A DNA stretch of 64,000 nucleotides from an uncultured bacterium. GTDB lineage: Bacteria; Zixibacteria; MSB-5A5; JAABVY01; JAHJOQ01. Of this stretch, positions 10,101 to 19,656 are shown one piece after another. The position numbers and the translations under genes were made by a program. A model generated the notes under the pieces. That model searched no databases. It saw only the letters and a list, made by a program, of their open reading frames with translations, and was not told the origin of the DNA. Position 1 is the stretch's first letter. Each line of letters opens with the position of its first letter. The stretch spans positions 25,717 through 89,716 of the forward strand of contig CBDUQR010000004.1 in the NCBI GenBank assembly GCA_965369655.1, read 5' to 3'.

Positions 10101-10447
10101 TCAGGTCGGGAAGATAGAATATGGATCGAGATTGGTTTTCAGATATCTTTCGACGGGCGAATGGCTTTTGGGTGGTTCCCCCCATTTCGGGACGATTGAC
10201 ACTATTGAGTCGAGCAGCGCGCCGTCGAAATCTATCATTTGCGATTCACTGACCAATCGCCAATGTCTCTTGAATCAATATGAGTCATTGTTCCGAGAGG
10301 ACAGATTCTGAACATATTTTCCTGCGCAAGTGTCACAGCTTTCACGACGTCAGATTCGCAGTCTGGAAAGATGATCGGCGAGCTGTCGTTTGTGTCAATC
10401 TTGTCGCTCGGAGATTCCTGCGTCAGAAGAGACCTGATATCGTTCAT
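10101..10447 (-). pseudogene. Possible internally deleted GlcD/GlcE-like FAD-linked oxidase remnant
   Basis: ORF 10447-10235 has 'IIFPDCESDVVKAVTLAQEN.FRICPLGT' (FAD_binding_4 N-terminus-like); another frame ends 'ERYLKTNLDPYSIFPT*' (like the KxxxDPxxIFxP C-terminus). ATGA overlap with the upstream gene. Confidence 0.4.
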
Positions 10448-11586
10448 TTGGCATTCAGGGAGATATCGTAGATGCGGTACCTTTTGTAGACCTTGCTGCC
10501 AAGCATCTCGGCTGCGCGATTCATCATCTCGTTATCTTCGAGAATCCAGGACATCTCACCCCACTTGTATCCCTTTCTGGCGCCCCTTCTGAATATCTCC
10601 AGGTAGAAGATATTGTCGATACCACGCTTCTGATAAGACTGCTCGATGCCCATCGTAATCACCCGGACCGAGTTGATCTTGTTCCGGACTTTGGTGTGCC
10701 ACAGCAACTTGAAGAGACCGAACGGGAATAGTCGACCGTTGGCGTACGGCAGCACCTGATTCACATCTGGGAGCGCCAGTTGGAAGCCGACTGGCTTGCC
10801 CTCGACCTCGGCGATGAAAACAAGATCCGGATCGATGATCTGCTTCATATCTTTGGCAATGTGAAAGAACTCATCCTCGGACATCGGGATGAATCCCCAG
10901 TTCTTCTCCCATGCATTATTGTATATCCGGTTGATCGCTCTCACTTCGTCGTCGAACTTCTTCATGTTCAAAGTGCGCACGACAACATTGGCTTTGCGTC
11001 GAATCCTATCGACAATGCGGACCATCCGTTCAGGCGGCTCGTCATATTCAGTGATCTTGTACGCGAGCAAATCTTTCGCCTTGGTCAGACCGAATCTCTC
11101 GAAAAATCCGGGATAGTAATCGGGATTATATATCATGTTTATCATGGGCGGCAAATCAAAGGCGTCGATCAGCGCTCCGACCTCATAGTTGGTCGACAGA
11201 TTCACAGGTCCGCGCATTTTGTCGAGGCTCTGGGACTTGAGATGAATCATCGCCACTTTCAGCAGCTTGCGAGCAACATTGTAGTCGTTCACAGATTCGA
11301 AGAACCCGAAGAACCCGATATTTTCGTCGTGGAAACTGTTGTGGCTGTGATTTACTATCGCCGCAATCCTTCCGACCATCTCGTTCTGATAGTGCGCCGT
11401 GTAGAGCTTGATCGTGGCAGAGCGGAAAAACGGGTTCTTCCTGCTGCCAAGCATCGCCTTGACGGATGATATAAGCGGAGGCACCCAGTTCGGATTGCCC
11501 CTGTAAATCTTCCAGGGGAGTTTTATGAATGCAGAAAGCTGCGAGCGGTTCTCGACCTCTCTGATTTCAATATCGTCGTAGTTCAT
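10444..11586 (-). CDS. GNAT-like acyltransferase, candidate bacterial ceramide synthase (bCerS)
   Basis: 'FIKLPWKIY..NPNWVPPL..KNPFF..VGRIAAI..GFFGFFE..RGP..YNPDYY..AWEKNWGF..EMSWILEDN'; directly downstream of the SPT-like gene. Confidence 0.75.
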   Translation of the reverse strand: MNYDDIEIREVENRSQLSAFIKLPWKIYRGNPNWVPPLISSVKAMLGSRKNPFFRSATIKLYTAHYQNEMVGRIAAIVNHSHNSFHDENIGFFGFFESVNDYNVARKLLKVAMIHLKSQSLDKMRGPVNLSTNYEVGALIDAFDLPPMINMIYNPDYYPGFFERFGLTKAKDLLAYKITEYDEPPERMVRIVDRIRRKANVVVRTLNMKKFDDEVRAINRIYNNAWEKNWGFIPMSEDEFFHIAKDMKQIIDPDLVFIAEVEGKPVGFQLALPDVNQVLPYANGRLFPFGLFKLLWHTKVRNKINSVRVITMGIEQSYQKRGIDNIFYLEIFRRGARKGYKWGEMSWILEDNEMMNRAAEMLGSKVYKRYRIYDISLNAK

Positions 11587-11596
11587 TCGACAGGCA

Positions 11597-12811
11597 TCAG
11601 ATAACGCCCAACTCGCGTCCTACGCTTCCGAAGATATCGAGGACCTTGTCGAGTTCCTCGTCAGTGTGCGTAGCTGTGTAGGATGTTCGTATCAGGGCTT
11701 GCCCCGGAGGTACCGCAGGCGGGATAATCGGGTTGGCAAATATGCCTGCTTTCGAGAGGGATTTCCAGAACTTGAAACAGTCCATATCATCGCCGATGTT
11801 GATCGGGATAATCGGAGTTTCGGTCAGCCCTATATCGAACCCGAGCGCCCTGAACCCCTCGTGCATTTTTCGGGTGTTCTCCCATAGCCGCTCTCTGCGC
11901 TCCGGCTCGGTCCTGATTATCCGCAATGCTTCTCGAACACCCGCGACAGCGGCAGGCGGCATCGAAGCTGAAAATATGAGTTCACGCGCTTTGTGCTTGA
12001 TGTAGTTTACGATCTCGAACGAGCCTGCGATATATCCGCCGAGCGATGCGAACGACTTGGAGAATGTCCCCATGATAATATCGACTCGTTCTTCGATATC
12101 GAAATGCTCAGCCGTGCCTCGGCCTCCCAGACCGAGCACCCCGACGGCGTGCGCATCATCGACCATCACACCCGCGCCATACTCCTCGGCGACCTCGATG
12201 AGTTCGGGAAGCTTCGCGATATCACCTTCCATCGAGAACACGCCATCCACTACGATAAACCTGCCGCCAGAGCATTCCACATTGCGCAGTACACGCGCAA
12301 GATCGTCCATGTCGTTATGGGCGAATTTGTACGTCTTGCCGAATGCAAGGCGAGTACCGTCGACGATCGAAGCGTGATCGGTCCTGTCTATGAAAATCGT
12401 GTCACGTTTGTCGACTATGCACGAGATTGCACCGAGATTCGCCTGGAATCCGGTCGAGAAGACCAGCGCGGCTTCCTTGTTGAGGAAATCAGCCAATTCA
12501 TCTTCGAGGCTTACGTGTATGTCGAGCGTACCGTTGAGATACCTCGATCCGGTGCACCCGGAGCCGTACTTCTCGACCGCCTTAATGCAGGCTTCCTTGA
12601 CCCTCGGGTCAGTCGTCAGACCGAGGTAGTTGTTCGATCCGATCATGATCTGCTCAGTGCCGTCGATCATGACCGAGTGGGCGGGAGCAGATGATATGGG
12701 GCGAAAATAGGGGTAATACCCCATCGCCATAACTTCTTGTGGCCGAGTGAAATCAGCGCATTTCTGGAACAATGGCTTCGTAATTTTTTCTTGTTTGCTA
12801 TATGTTTTCAT
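11597..12811 (-). CDS. spt: PLP-dependent alpha-oxoamine synthase, likely serine palmitoyltransferase
   Basis: YYPYFRPI, GSNNYLGLT, GSRYLNGTLDIH, DHASI, DDAH, GTFSKS; gene context. Start uncertain (may be the TTG at LFQKC). Confidence 0.75.
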   Translation of the reverse strand: MKTYSKQEKITKPLFQKCADFTRPQEVMAMGYYPYFRPISSAPAHSVMIDGTEQIMIGSNNYLGLTTDPRVKEACIKAVEKYGSGCTGSRYLNGTLDIHVSLEDELADFLNKEAALVFSTGFQANLGAISCIVDKRDTIFIDRTDHASIVDGTRLAFGKTYKFAHNDMDDLARVLRNVECSGGRFIVVDGVFSMEGDIAKLPELIEVAEEYGAGVMVDDAHAVGVLGLGGRGTAEHFDIEERVDIIMGTFSKSFASLGGYIAGSFEIVNYIKHKARELIFSASMPPAAVAGVREALRIIRTEPERRERLWENTRKMHEGFRALGFDIGLTETPIIPINIGDDMDCFKFWKSLSKAGIFANPIIPPAVPPGQALIRTSYTATHTDEELDKVLDIFGSVGRELGVI

Positions 12812-12877
12812 ACTTATATGGGTCCATGTGAAAAGCAAACTAACCGTCAATTGGGACCATTGTCAAGAGAAAAGCTT

Positions 12878-13885
12878 GTGAATACAGGTGGAAATGCAAA
12901 TCGAAAAAGCGTGCTGATCACCGGAGTGACAGGTTTCGTTGGAAGTCATCTGGCGGATACATTCGTAAGGTCTGGCTATGCCGTTACAGGCATGCTCAGG
13001 GAAACTTCCAGCCGAAAATTTATCGAACATCTCGACATCGATCTCAGGTTCGGCGATCTCGGCAAACCGGAGACTCTCGGGTCCGTTGTCGAGGGCCATG
13101 ACTATATTGTTCATCCTGCCGGGTTGATTATGGCAAAATCGGCGGATGAGTTCATGCGCGCGAATCGTGACGGCACGAGATTCTTACTGGAGGCAGCAAG
13201 AGAGCGATGCCCCGGTCTGAAGAGATTCGTGTATATCTCCTCGCAGGCAGCAGCCGGTCCGTCAGACTCGACATCAGGGAATGACGAGACAGTACCGCCG
13301 CATCCGGTGTCGGATTACGGCAGGAGCAAACTGGCTGGAGAAATTGAATGCCTGAAGCTCAAAGATCAGTTCGCTGTCACTATCGTGCGCCCTCCGGCTG
13401 TCTATGGTCCGCGCGATGATGGCGTGCTGGCGTTTTTCAAGATCGTGAAATCGGGATGGTACTGGAAACTCGGTCGGAAAGAGCGGTATGCGTCTATAGT
13501 CTTCGTGAAAGACCTCGCCAAAATGATCCTGGCGGCTGTCGAATCTGATGTTGCGTCCGGAGAGGTGTTTTTCGCCGCCAATCCGGGGCCACTCTCGATC
13601 TGGGACATCCAGAAAATGATCGCCTCTGTGATGAAGGTCGAGGTGAAGCCGCTCCTGACGCCGATATGGCTGGTGCGAGCTATGGTACCGCTCGATGCGT
13701 TCGGTTCGATGCTCACCGGCAAAGCTCGTGGCCTGACAGCCGATAAAATACGGGAGCTTTTACATCAATACTGGATTTGCGACTCGTCTAAGGCAGAGCG
13801 TCTTCTTGGATGGAAAGCGGAAACACCGCTCGAAGATGGCATTGCAGAAACAATCGAGTGGTACGAACGGAACAGGTGGCTCTGA
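12878..13885 (+). CDS. Extended SDR / NAD-dependent epimerase, candidate ceramide reductase (CerR)
   Basis: ITGVTGFVG, YGRSK, RPPAVYGPRD; divergent from spt. Start approximate. Confidence 0.75.
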   Translation: MNTGGNANRKSVLITGVTGFVGSHLADTFVRSGYAVTGMLRETSSRKFIEHLDIDLRFGDLGKPETLGSVVEGHDYIVHPAGLIMAKSADEFMRANRDGTRFLLEAARERCPGLKRFVYISSQAAAGPSDSTSGNDETVPPHPVSDYGRSKLAGEIECLKLKDQFAVTIVRPPAVYGPRDDGVLAFFKIVKSGWYWKLGRKERYASIVFVKDLAKMILAAVESDVASGEVFFAANPGPLSIWDIQKMIASVMKVEVKPLLTPIWLVRAMVPLDAFGSMLTGKARGLTADKIRELLHQYWICDSSKAERLLGWKAETPLEDGIAETIEWYERNRWL

Positions 13886-14310
13886 TGTTTGGGATGCCGA
13901 CAGGTATATTCCTCGAGACGGCTGGAGCTGCATCTGCGGTCCTGATCGTCATCGTCCTGATTCAGCTCTGGCTGGAGAAAATAATCGGATTCTACAGCCT
14001 TATCCCCGAGGAATTGCGAGAAGAGAGGGGCAGGTCGTGGATCGTGATTCTGCTTGCAGCCGAGATCATTGTATTCGCGGTTGGACCGACACTTTTCTAC
14101 TATTGGATCTATGCCGTCCTGCCATTTTTCAGCTACCGCGCCGGTGTCGCTGTAGGCATCTTCCTGTATCTGTTCGGAGTGCTGCCGTTCGCAATCGGCC
14201 TGGTTCTGCGAATGAAACTCCCCGGCGGCATGATGGTTTTCACGTTCTTCTTCACCATCCTGAAACTCGTTGCATGCTGGGGGATGGTGACATACGTGAT
14301 GAATATTTAA
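13885..14310 (+). CDS. Small integral membrane protein (about 4 TM)
   Basis: TGATG overlap with the SDR gene; hydrophobic segments. Confidence 0.75.
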   Translation: MFGMPTGIFLETAGAASAVLIVIVLIQLWLEKIIGFYSLIPEELREERGRSWIVILLAAEIIVFAVGPTLFYYWIYAVLPFFSYRAGVAVGIFLYLFGVLPFAIGLVLRMKLPGGMMVFTFFFTILKLVACWGMVTYVMNI

Positions 14311-14429
14311 TTCTCTTTCTGCGCCAAGAAAACACCACCGAGTACCAATAGCCCGCCCACTCCAATGTCGATAGAATCGCATCCGTAAATGCGATGCTCA
14401 TGTCGTGTACGGTTGTATCGAATTCAGTA

Positions 14430-17066
14430 TCATGTCCGATGCAAATCCAGCAATGTGCGCATTTCAGGGTGACTTCGAAGCGGCGCCCATCGTGGGTGAA
14501 GCCTGATTTCTGCGATGGATAATGGCGACGGCATCGCGAGCAATTGTTCGACCAAATCCATTGCCTGCTCGTACTCCCCTATCCACACATATACGAGGCA
14601 AAGATCGCGCATCAGATCGCTTCCCTTGTACGCATCCGTCGATACTGGGAGTTCACTCGTCGCTTCTCTACCAAGTCGGATGGCGTCGGCTTTTCTACCG
14701 AGTCCGGCCAGCGTTCTGGCAAGCGCCATCTTCGTCTCGGCTTGTTCCTCACCCGTATGCTCGAGTAGAAGCTCGGCTTCGAAGCATGCTCGCGCAGAAT
14801 CATAGAATATCCGGCTATTTTCACGATCGCCGGAATAGAGATAGACCCTTCCAAAGTGAGAGTAGTATGAACCGCTGTCGGCGGCGGTTTTTAGATGATC
14901 GATTTGTCTTTCCTCACGGCGAAAAGCTGTTTCCCAATCTCCCACTGTCACATCAAGCTGCCACAACTCGTATCTTATATCGCTCGGATCAATCTTCCCG
15001 TAGCTGTCTTCGATCGTGATACGTGCTCGCACCGTATCACCCATGGAGAGTCCTTGTATCAACGCCTTTGTGCCCCATCCCCATGCGAAATCCGGGTAAA
15101 GCGACAGGATGCGGTCGATCTCGTTGAGCGCTGCGTCGTATCGGCGCATATATGCGTTTGATATAACCAGGTTTGCCGACTTGGATATCGAACGGGGATC
15201 GAGTGTCACGGCCTGTTGCAACAGGTCAAGAGTCTCATACCACTCGCCCTGTCGTCTCTTCACATAGGCTACTGCGCTCAGGAGCTCGCTGTTGCCCGGT
15301 TGGATGGCAAGCGCATGCGAGAACTCCTCAAGCGCGAGATCATAATCTCGACCAGCATAGTAATAACAATAGCCGAGCGCAAGATGACCGTCCGCAAGAG
15401 TCGGATCGAGAATCAGCGCTCTGCCTGCTGCGACTCTGGCCTTTCCGATTCGCTCAGGCGTACGGTCTTTACAGGACCAGTAAACGTAGGAATGCACTTG
15501 GGAAAGCCCGGCGTAGGCAAGTGCGTAACCCGGATCCAGTTCAATCGCTTTCTCAAACATCTCCTCAGCAAATTCAAACTCGTGGCGATCATCATATTCG
15601 AGCCCGCGGAGATAGAAATCGTGAGCCTCAATGTTGTCGGTCGGCCTGGATTCAAGCGCCTGGCGTTCAGGTTCGAGAATCGCGATGTCAAGCGCTTCAG
15701 CTATCCTTTCCGCAATGTCCGACTGGACAACGAAGATTTCAGTCAGTTCTTTTTCGTAGCTTTCTGACCAGATATGTCGATCTTCATCCACCCTTATGAG
15801 CTGAGATGTAATCCTGACCCGGTCGACACTCGCAGTCTTATCCCAAAGGATAGACCCTTCGAGCACGTAATCCACACCAAGCTCTCCCGCTATTTCCGGT
15901 AAGGTCTTGTCCGAGTTTGTGTACGCACTGGCGCTTTTTCCAGAGGTTACTCCGAGGTCGATGAGGGTCGTGAGCTTTGATCTGATCTCCTCCGTCATGC
16001 CTGCAGCGAAGTAGTCGTTTTCGGCCGGACCGAGGTTTTCGAATGGCAGTACCGCTATCATCATCCGGGAAAAAATCGTTTTGTCGGAATCGCTGCCGGA
16101 GAATTTGATAACCGCTATGATGGCTGCAATGGCGAGCAGAGTGACACCGATCAGCAGGTACTTCGGCACCCGAATCGTCCCATTGGACAAGGCTTCAGGC
16201 TCCTGTGATCCCTTTAGCCGCTTCAGATCGGCAACGACGTCGGATGCAGTCTGATATCGCAGGGAAGAATCCTTGTCGAGCAGTTTTGTGATGATCCTCT
16301 GAAGTTTATCTGACGCTCTTCTCGTGTATTTCGCCAGAGGCTCCGGGTCATCGCTGAGAATCGAGTACATAGTTGCCTGATCGGAATCCCTCATGAATGG
16401 CGACTTGCCGGTGGTCATTTCATACATCAATACGCCCAGCGAGAACAGATCCGACCGCTCGTCAGTCTGTCCCGGCTTGATCTGTTCCGGCGACATATAA
16501 CCGGTCGTGCCGAACATGGAGCCGGTCTTAGTCAGTTTCTCCGAACCCTTGACGGCTGCAAGTCCAAAGTCGAGCAGTATCGGACGCCCGTTTGTGTCAA
16601 CAATGATGTTGGATGGCTTGATATCCCGATGCAGCACTCCTGCACTATGAGCCTCATGCAGACCCTCACAGATCTGTGTCGAGAGATCGATGACTTCGTT
16701 CTGAGTAAGTTCTCCCTGCTCGATGATGTCCGCCAGTGACTGACCAGTAACATGCCGCATTGCGAAGAAGGGTCGATTTTCATGCTCGCCGACCTCATGG
16801 ATTGTCACGATATTCGGATGATCCAGTTTGGCCGCAGCCTGTGCCTCACGCTTGAAGCGAGACCTGTATTCTTCATCCTGGCAGAGGATTGACGAGAGGA
16901 ACTTCAGGGCAACCTGTCTGTCTAGGCCGATGTCATCGGCAAGGAAAACCTCACCCATCCCGCCTGATCCGATTTTCTCTACAATCCTGTAGTGCGATAC
17001 GACTGTACCGGCTGCAAGGATTCGATGTGATTCCGTCTGGTCATCCCTACGATGGTCAGAAGCCAT
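14430..17066 (-). CDS. Hanks-type Ser/Thr kinase with TM helix, TolB-like N domain and TPR repeats
   Basis: GSGGMGEV, VALK, HRDIKPSN, DFG, YMSPEQ; IAVLPFENL; TPR helices. Confidence 0.93.
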   Translation of the reverse strand: MASDHRRDDQTESHRILAAGTVVSHYRIVEKIGSGGMGEVFLADDIGLDRQVALKFLSSILCQDEEYRSRFKREAQAAAKLDHPNIVTIHEVGEHENRPFFAMRHVTGQSLADIIEQGELTQNEVIDLSTQICEGLHEAHSAGVLHRDIKPSNIIVDTNGRPILLDFGLAAVKGSEKLTKTGSMFGTTGYMSPEQIKPGQTDERSDLFSLGVLMYEMTTGKSPFMRDSDQATMYSILSDDPEPLAKYTRRASDKLQRIITKLLDKDSSLRYQTASDVVADLKRLKGSQEPEALSNGTIRVPKYLLIGVTLLAIAAIIAVIKFSGSDSDKTIFSRMMIAVLPFENLGPAENDYFAAGMTEEIRSKLTTLIDLGVTSGKSASAYTNSDKTLPEIAGELGVDYVLEGSILWDKTASVDRVRITSQLIRVDEDRHIWSESYEKELTEIFVVQSDIAERIAEALDIAILEPERQALESRPTDNIEAHDFYLRGLEYDDRHEFEFAEEMFEKAIELDPGYALAYAGLSQVHSYVYWSCKDRTPERIGKARVAAGRALILDPTLADGHLALGYCYYYAGRDYDLALEEFSHALAIQPGNSELLSAVAYVKRRQGEWYETLDLLQQAVTLDPRSISKSANLVISNAYMRRYDAALNEIDRILSLYPDFAWGWGTKALIQGLSMGDTVRARITIEDSYGKIDPSDIRYELWQLDVTVGDWETAFRREERQIDHLKTAADSGSYYSHFGRVYLYSGDRENSRIFYDSARACFEAELLLEHTGEEQAETKMALARTLAGLGRKADAIRLGREATSELPVSTDAYKGSDLMRDLCLVYVWIGEYEQAMDLVEQLLAMPSPLSIAEIRLHPRWAPLRSHPEMRTLLDLHRT

Positions 17067-17339
17067 CAGACCGCTCCCGGATTATGAACAGAAAATGCGC
17101 ATAGTTGTCGATCGGACTCAATATATGTCGATCACAAATCACTATCAACAGCAAACTGTAGCACAATGGTGACACTTAGTGTGCCAGATACAGTTATCGG
17201 CTGAAACACCCGCTTGTCTGAAGCGGTTCAATGTTGTATTGTTGTCGATTGTGATAGCGGAGGAACACATAGAGAGAGGTTCTCAAAAGCTATTGATGGA
17301 CAAGTTTGCTGTGGGAAGGATAAGATTGTCGTCGGGAAT

Positions 17340-17492
17340 CGTATGGCAAAACCCTTTAGCGGTTCTGCCATCCTATCAAGACGACTGAACCACTCCGTTT
17401 CACTACCCTTCGCAGGGCTCAGGACTTCGCGGGTTCATCCCTACTCGACTATTAAGACCCCACTCGCCGCTAAACTCTGAGTGGGCTACGGA
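17340..17492. repeat. REP-like palindrome cluster
   Basis: CTGAACCACTCCGTTTCACT..GGGTTCATCCCTAC is shared with about 54515 and 56266; CCCACTC..GAGTGGGCTAC hairpin. Confidence 0.7.
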
Positions 17493-17699
17493 ATCTGCTC
17501 GACTACCTCCGACAGATTGAGCTTGACACAATGGTCTGCAATCGAATTATTTATCAAAGCTATAATCGTGCGCTTGAGTACGTTCCGGAAGCCTGCTAAG
17601 AGTAAGGACTAAACTATGATTGCCAAGTATGTGATTGCTTGGCATTGGCCGGGGGGAATTCAATTTCCAGAATCTACAGGGTGATCGGGAGGTGAGAGA

Positions 17700-18359
17700 A
17701 TGCTAAGAAGATCACATGTGATATGCGCGCTGTTGCCTGTCAGGAAATGCCCTGTATTAGGTCGCACTAACCGTCTGAGGGTTGTCTCGGTATGTGTCAT
17801 ATATCTCTTCCTTTGTTCCATTTATGGCACTGTCGCGTGTGCTCAATCTGATCATCCCAAGAGCAACCTGCATGCAGGTCTAGGACTAATGACAAGTCCC
17901 AAGCTATATGATGAATGTCGTGCAGGTGGGTGGCTCAATGTCGAAACTGGCCTCACCTTGAGTTTTTCGAAGAATATATCTCTCCTTCCCAGATTATGTA
18001 TTCTATCTAACCAATCTTATAGAATTCGATTTGCGATCATTCCTGAAATCGGGACGCGTTTCAGCATTCCCTTGGGCCCAGATGCTGTTTTCTGCGGTGT
18101 ACAAGTCGGGGTGGTGTTACACCAAGGAGAATTGAATCGATTGGAACTGGTTTCGGGCGGTCTCTCGTTCTGCGCAGGTATGGGTTGTTCTTGTCTTGAT
18201 TTCTGCGAGTTTGAGATGTTTTGTCGCCATATGCCATTGAAAAATGTTGGTCAAAATTCTGATCATGTTCCCTGGGGCAACGCATTGCCAACATCTGAAA
18301 CTTCTAACTTTGGTGACTTTGGATTTGTGGTTCGATTCCTATTGCCGTTACAACTCTGA
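17700..18359 (+). CDS. Hypothetical exported protein, possibly a small outer-membrane beta-barrel
   Basis: Signal-like segment ending VACAQ; alternating hydrophobic strands. Confidence 0.45.
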   Translation: MLRRSHVICALLPVRKCPVLGRTNRLRVVSVCVIYLFLCSIYGTVACAQSDHPKSNLHAGLGLMTSPKLYDECRAGGWLNVETGLTLSFSKNISLLPRLCILSNQSYRIRFAIIPEIGTRFSIPLGPDAVFCGVQVGVVLHQGELNRLELVSGGLSFCAGMGCSCLDFCEFEMFCRHMPLKNVGQNSDHVPWGNALPTSETSNFGDFGFVVRFLLPLQL

Positions 18360-18534
18360 TCGTAATCTCTTTTTCGTTGAGTCGGGTCTTGGTCGCACGG
18401 AGCGTGAGTGTGACCTGACACGTTCTGCAATCGATTCCATTATCCGGCAGTTCACACGCCCGCCTCCGGCGAACGCAAGAACTGCCGGAACGGATACACC
18501 CGCCGTTGCACTCTGGGTGGGCTACGGAATATGA

Positions 18535-18726
18535 AGATGGGGCAAACGAGAAGAGGTTGTCTTATAAGTCCTGGTCTTCAGTAGGTCGGCGTTCCGCAGC
18601 AGGCGAAGCCTGCAAGAAACCCGACTCTCGGATAACAAGATAGAAGTGTCGCGTTTCTCACCCCGCACCGCGGGGTTCGGAACACGACCTACTTCTGAGA
18701 TGGCCTCAGGACGTCTGTCGCCCACA
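18535..18726. repeat. 192-bp composite palindromic element, copy 1
   Basis: Homologous to 42914-43105 and partly to 52931-53019. Confidence 0.9.
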
Positions 18727-18733
18727 AAAAGAA

Positions 18734-19624
18734 TCATGGATGCGTTCGTTTCAAACGCAGTTTGTTCGAGGGCAACGCCGAGACTATCATCGCGATCACG
18801 ATCAGCGAGCCGCCAAGAATGTGGGCTGCGGCGACTTGTTCACCGCCGACAGTCCATGCGAACAGCGCCGCAAAGACAGGTTCCAGCGCGAATATCAGCG
18901 AGACGCGTACCGCCGCTACGATACGCTGCGCCGTCATCTGGATCACGAATGCTGAGAGTGTCGGAAATATCGCGAGGAACAGAACAGCGCCGACTGTCTC
19001 AGTTGTGCCGACATTGAACGACAAACCGAATGTCACCCCGCAGATCAAACTCGCTACCCCCACGAAAAGAAATTGCTGGAATGCTAACACATACGGATTG
19101 ATACCGCGCTTTGCATACCTGTCGACCAGCAATATGTGAATGGCGTATGTCATCGCGGTGATCAATGTCAGGAGATCGCCACGGTTGGCATGGACGAGTC
19201 CTCCTGTCAGGAACCACAACCCGGCCAGCGAGAATAGCACCGCACCGCTGTCTTTGAGCGATGGTTTCCTTCTGAACAGGAGCAATGAGAATACCGGCAC
19301 GAATGCGACGAACAGCCCTGTGATGAATGCCGAGTTGGATGCGGTCGTGAACTTGAGTCCGATCGTCTGAGGAACATAAAGAAGCCATAGAAAAAATCCG
19401 AGCAGGAAACCTGTTCCGAGATTGGGGAAAAGAGGTATCCGTTTCGCTTTCAGAAACGCAGCGAGGACGATCGCAGCGAATGTGAACCTGTATCCGACAA
19501 GGATGACTGGGTCTATGTGGTCAAGGCTCGCCTTGACGATGACGAATGTCGATCCCCAGATCGCCGCGGCATATACTAGGCCGACATGCGACAGGACATT
19601 CGATGCTTTGCGCTCTCCAACCAT
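18734..19624 (-). CDS. EamA/DMT family transporter
   Basis: IWGSTFV, TTASNSAFIT, LEPVFAA; about 10 TM. Confidence 0.92.
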   Translation of the reverse strand: MVGERKASNVLSHVGLVYAAAIWGSTFVIVKASLDHIDPVILVGYRFTFAAIVLAAFLKAKRIPLFPNLGTGFLLGFFLWLLYVPQTIGLKFTTASNSAFITGLFVAFVPVFSLLLFRRKPSLKDSGAVLFSLAGLWFLTGGLVHANRGDLLTLITAMTYAIHILLVDRYAKRGINPYVLAFQQFLFVGVASLICGVTFGLSFNVGTTETVGAVLFLAIFPTLSAFVIQMTAQRIVAAVRVSLIFALEPVFAALFAWTVGGEQVAAAHILGGSLIVIAMIVSALPSNKLRLKRTHP

Positions 19625-19656
19625 CAGTCCATACTCACCGGATATGCTGATCGCGA

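Noticed and set aside
11597-12811. BioF or Kbl annotation
   Set aside because: No bio or tdh genes nearby; the YPYFR and GTFSKS motifs and the GNAT/SDR neighbours favour Spt. Not formally excluded.
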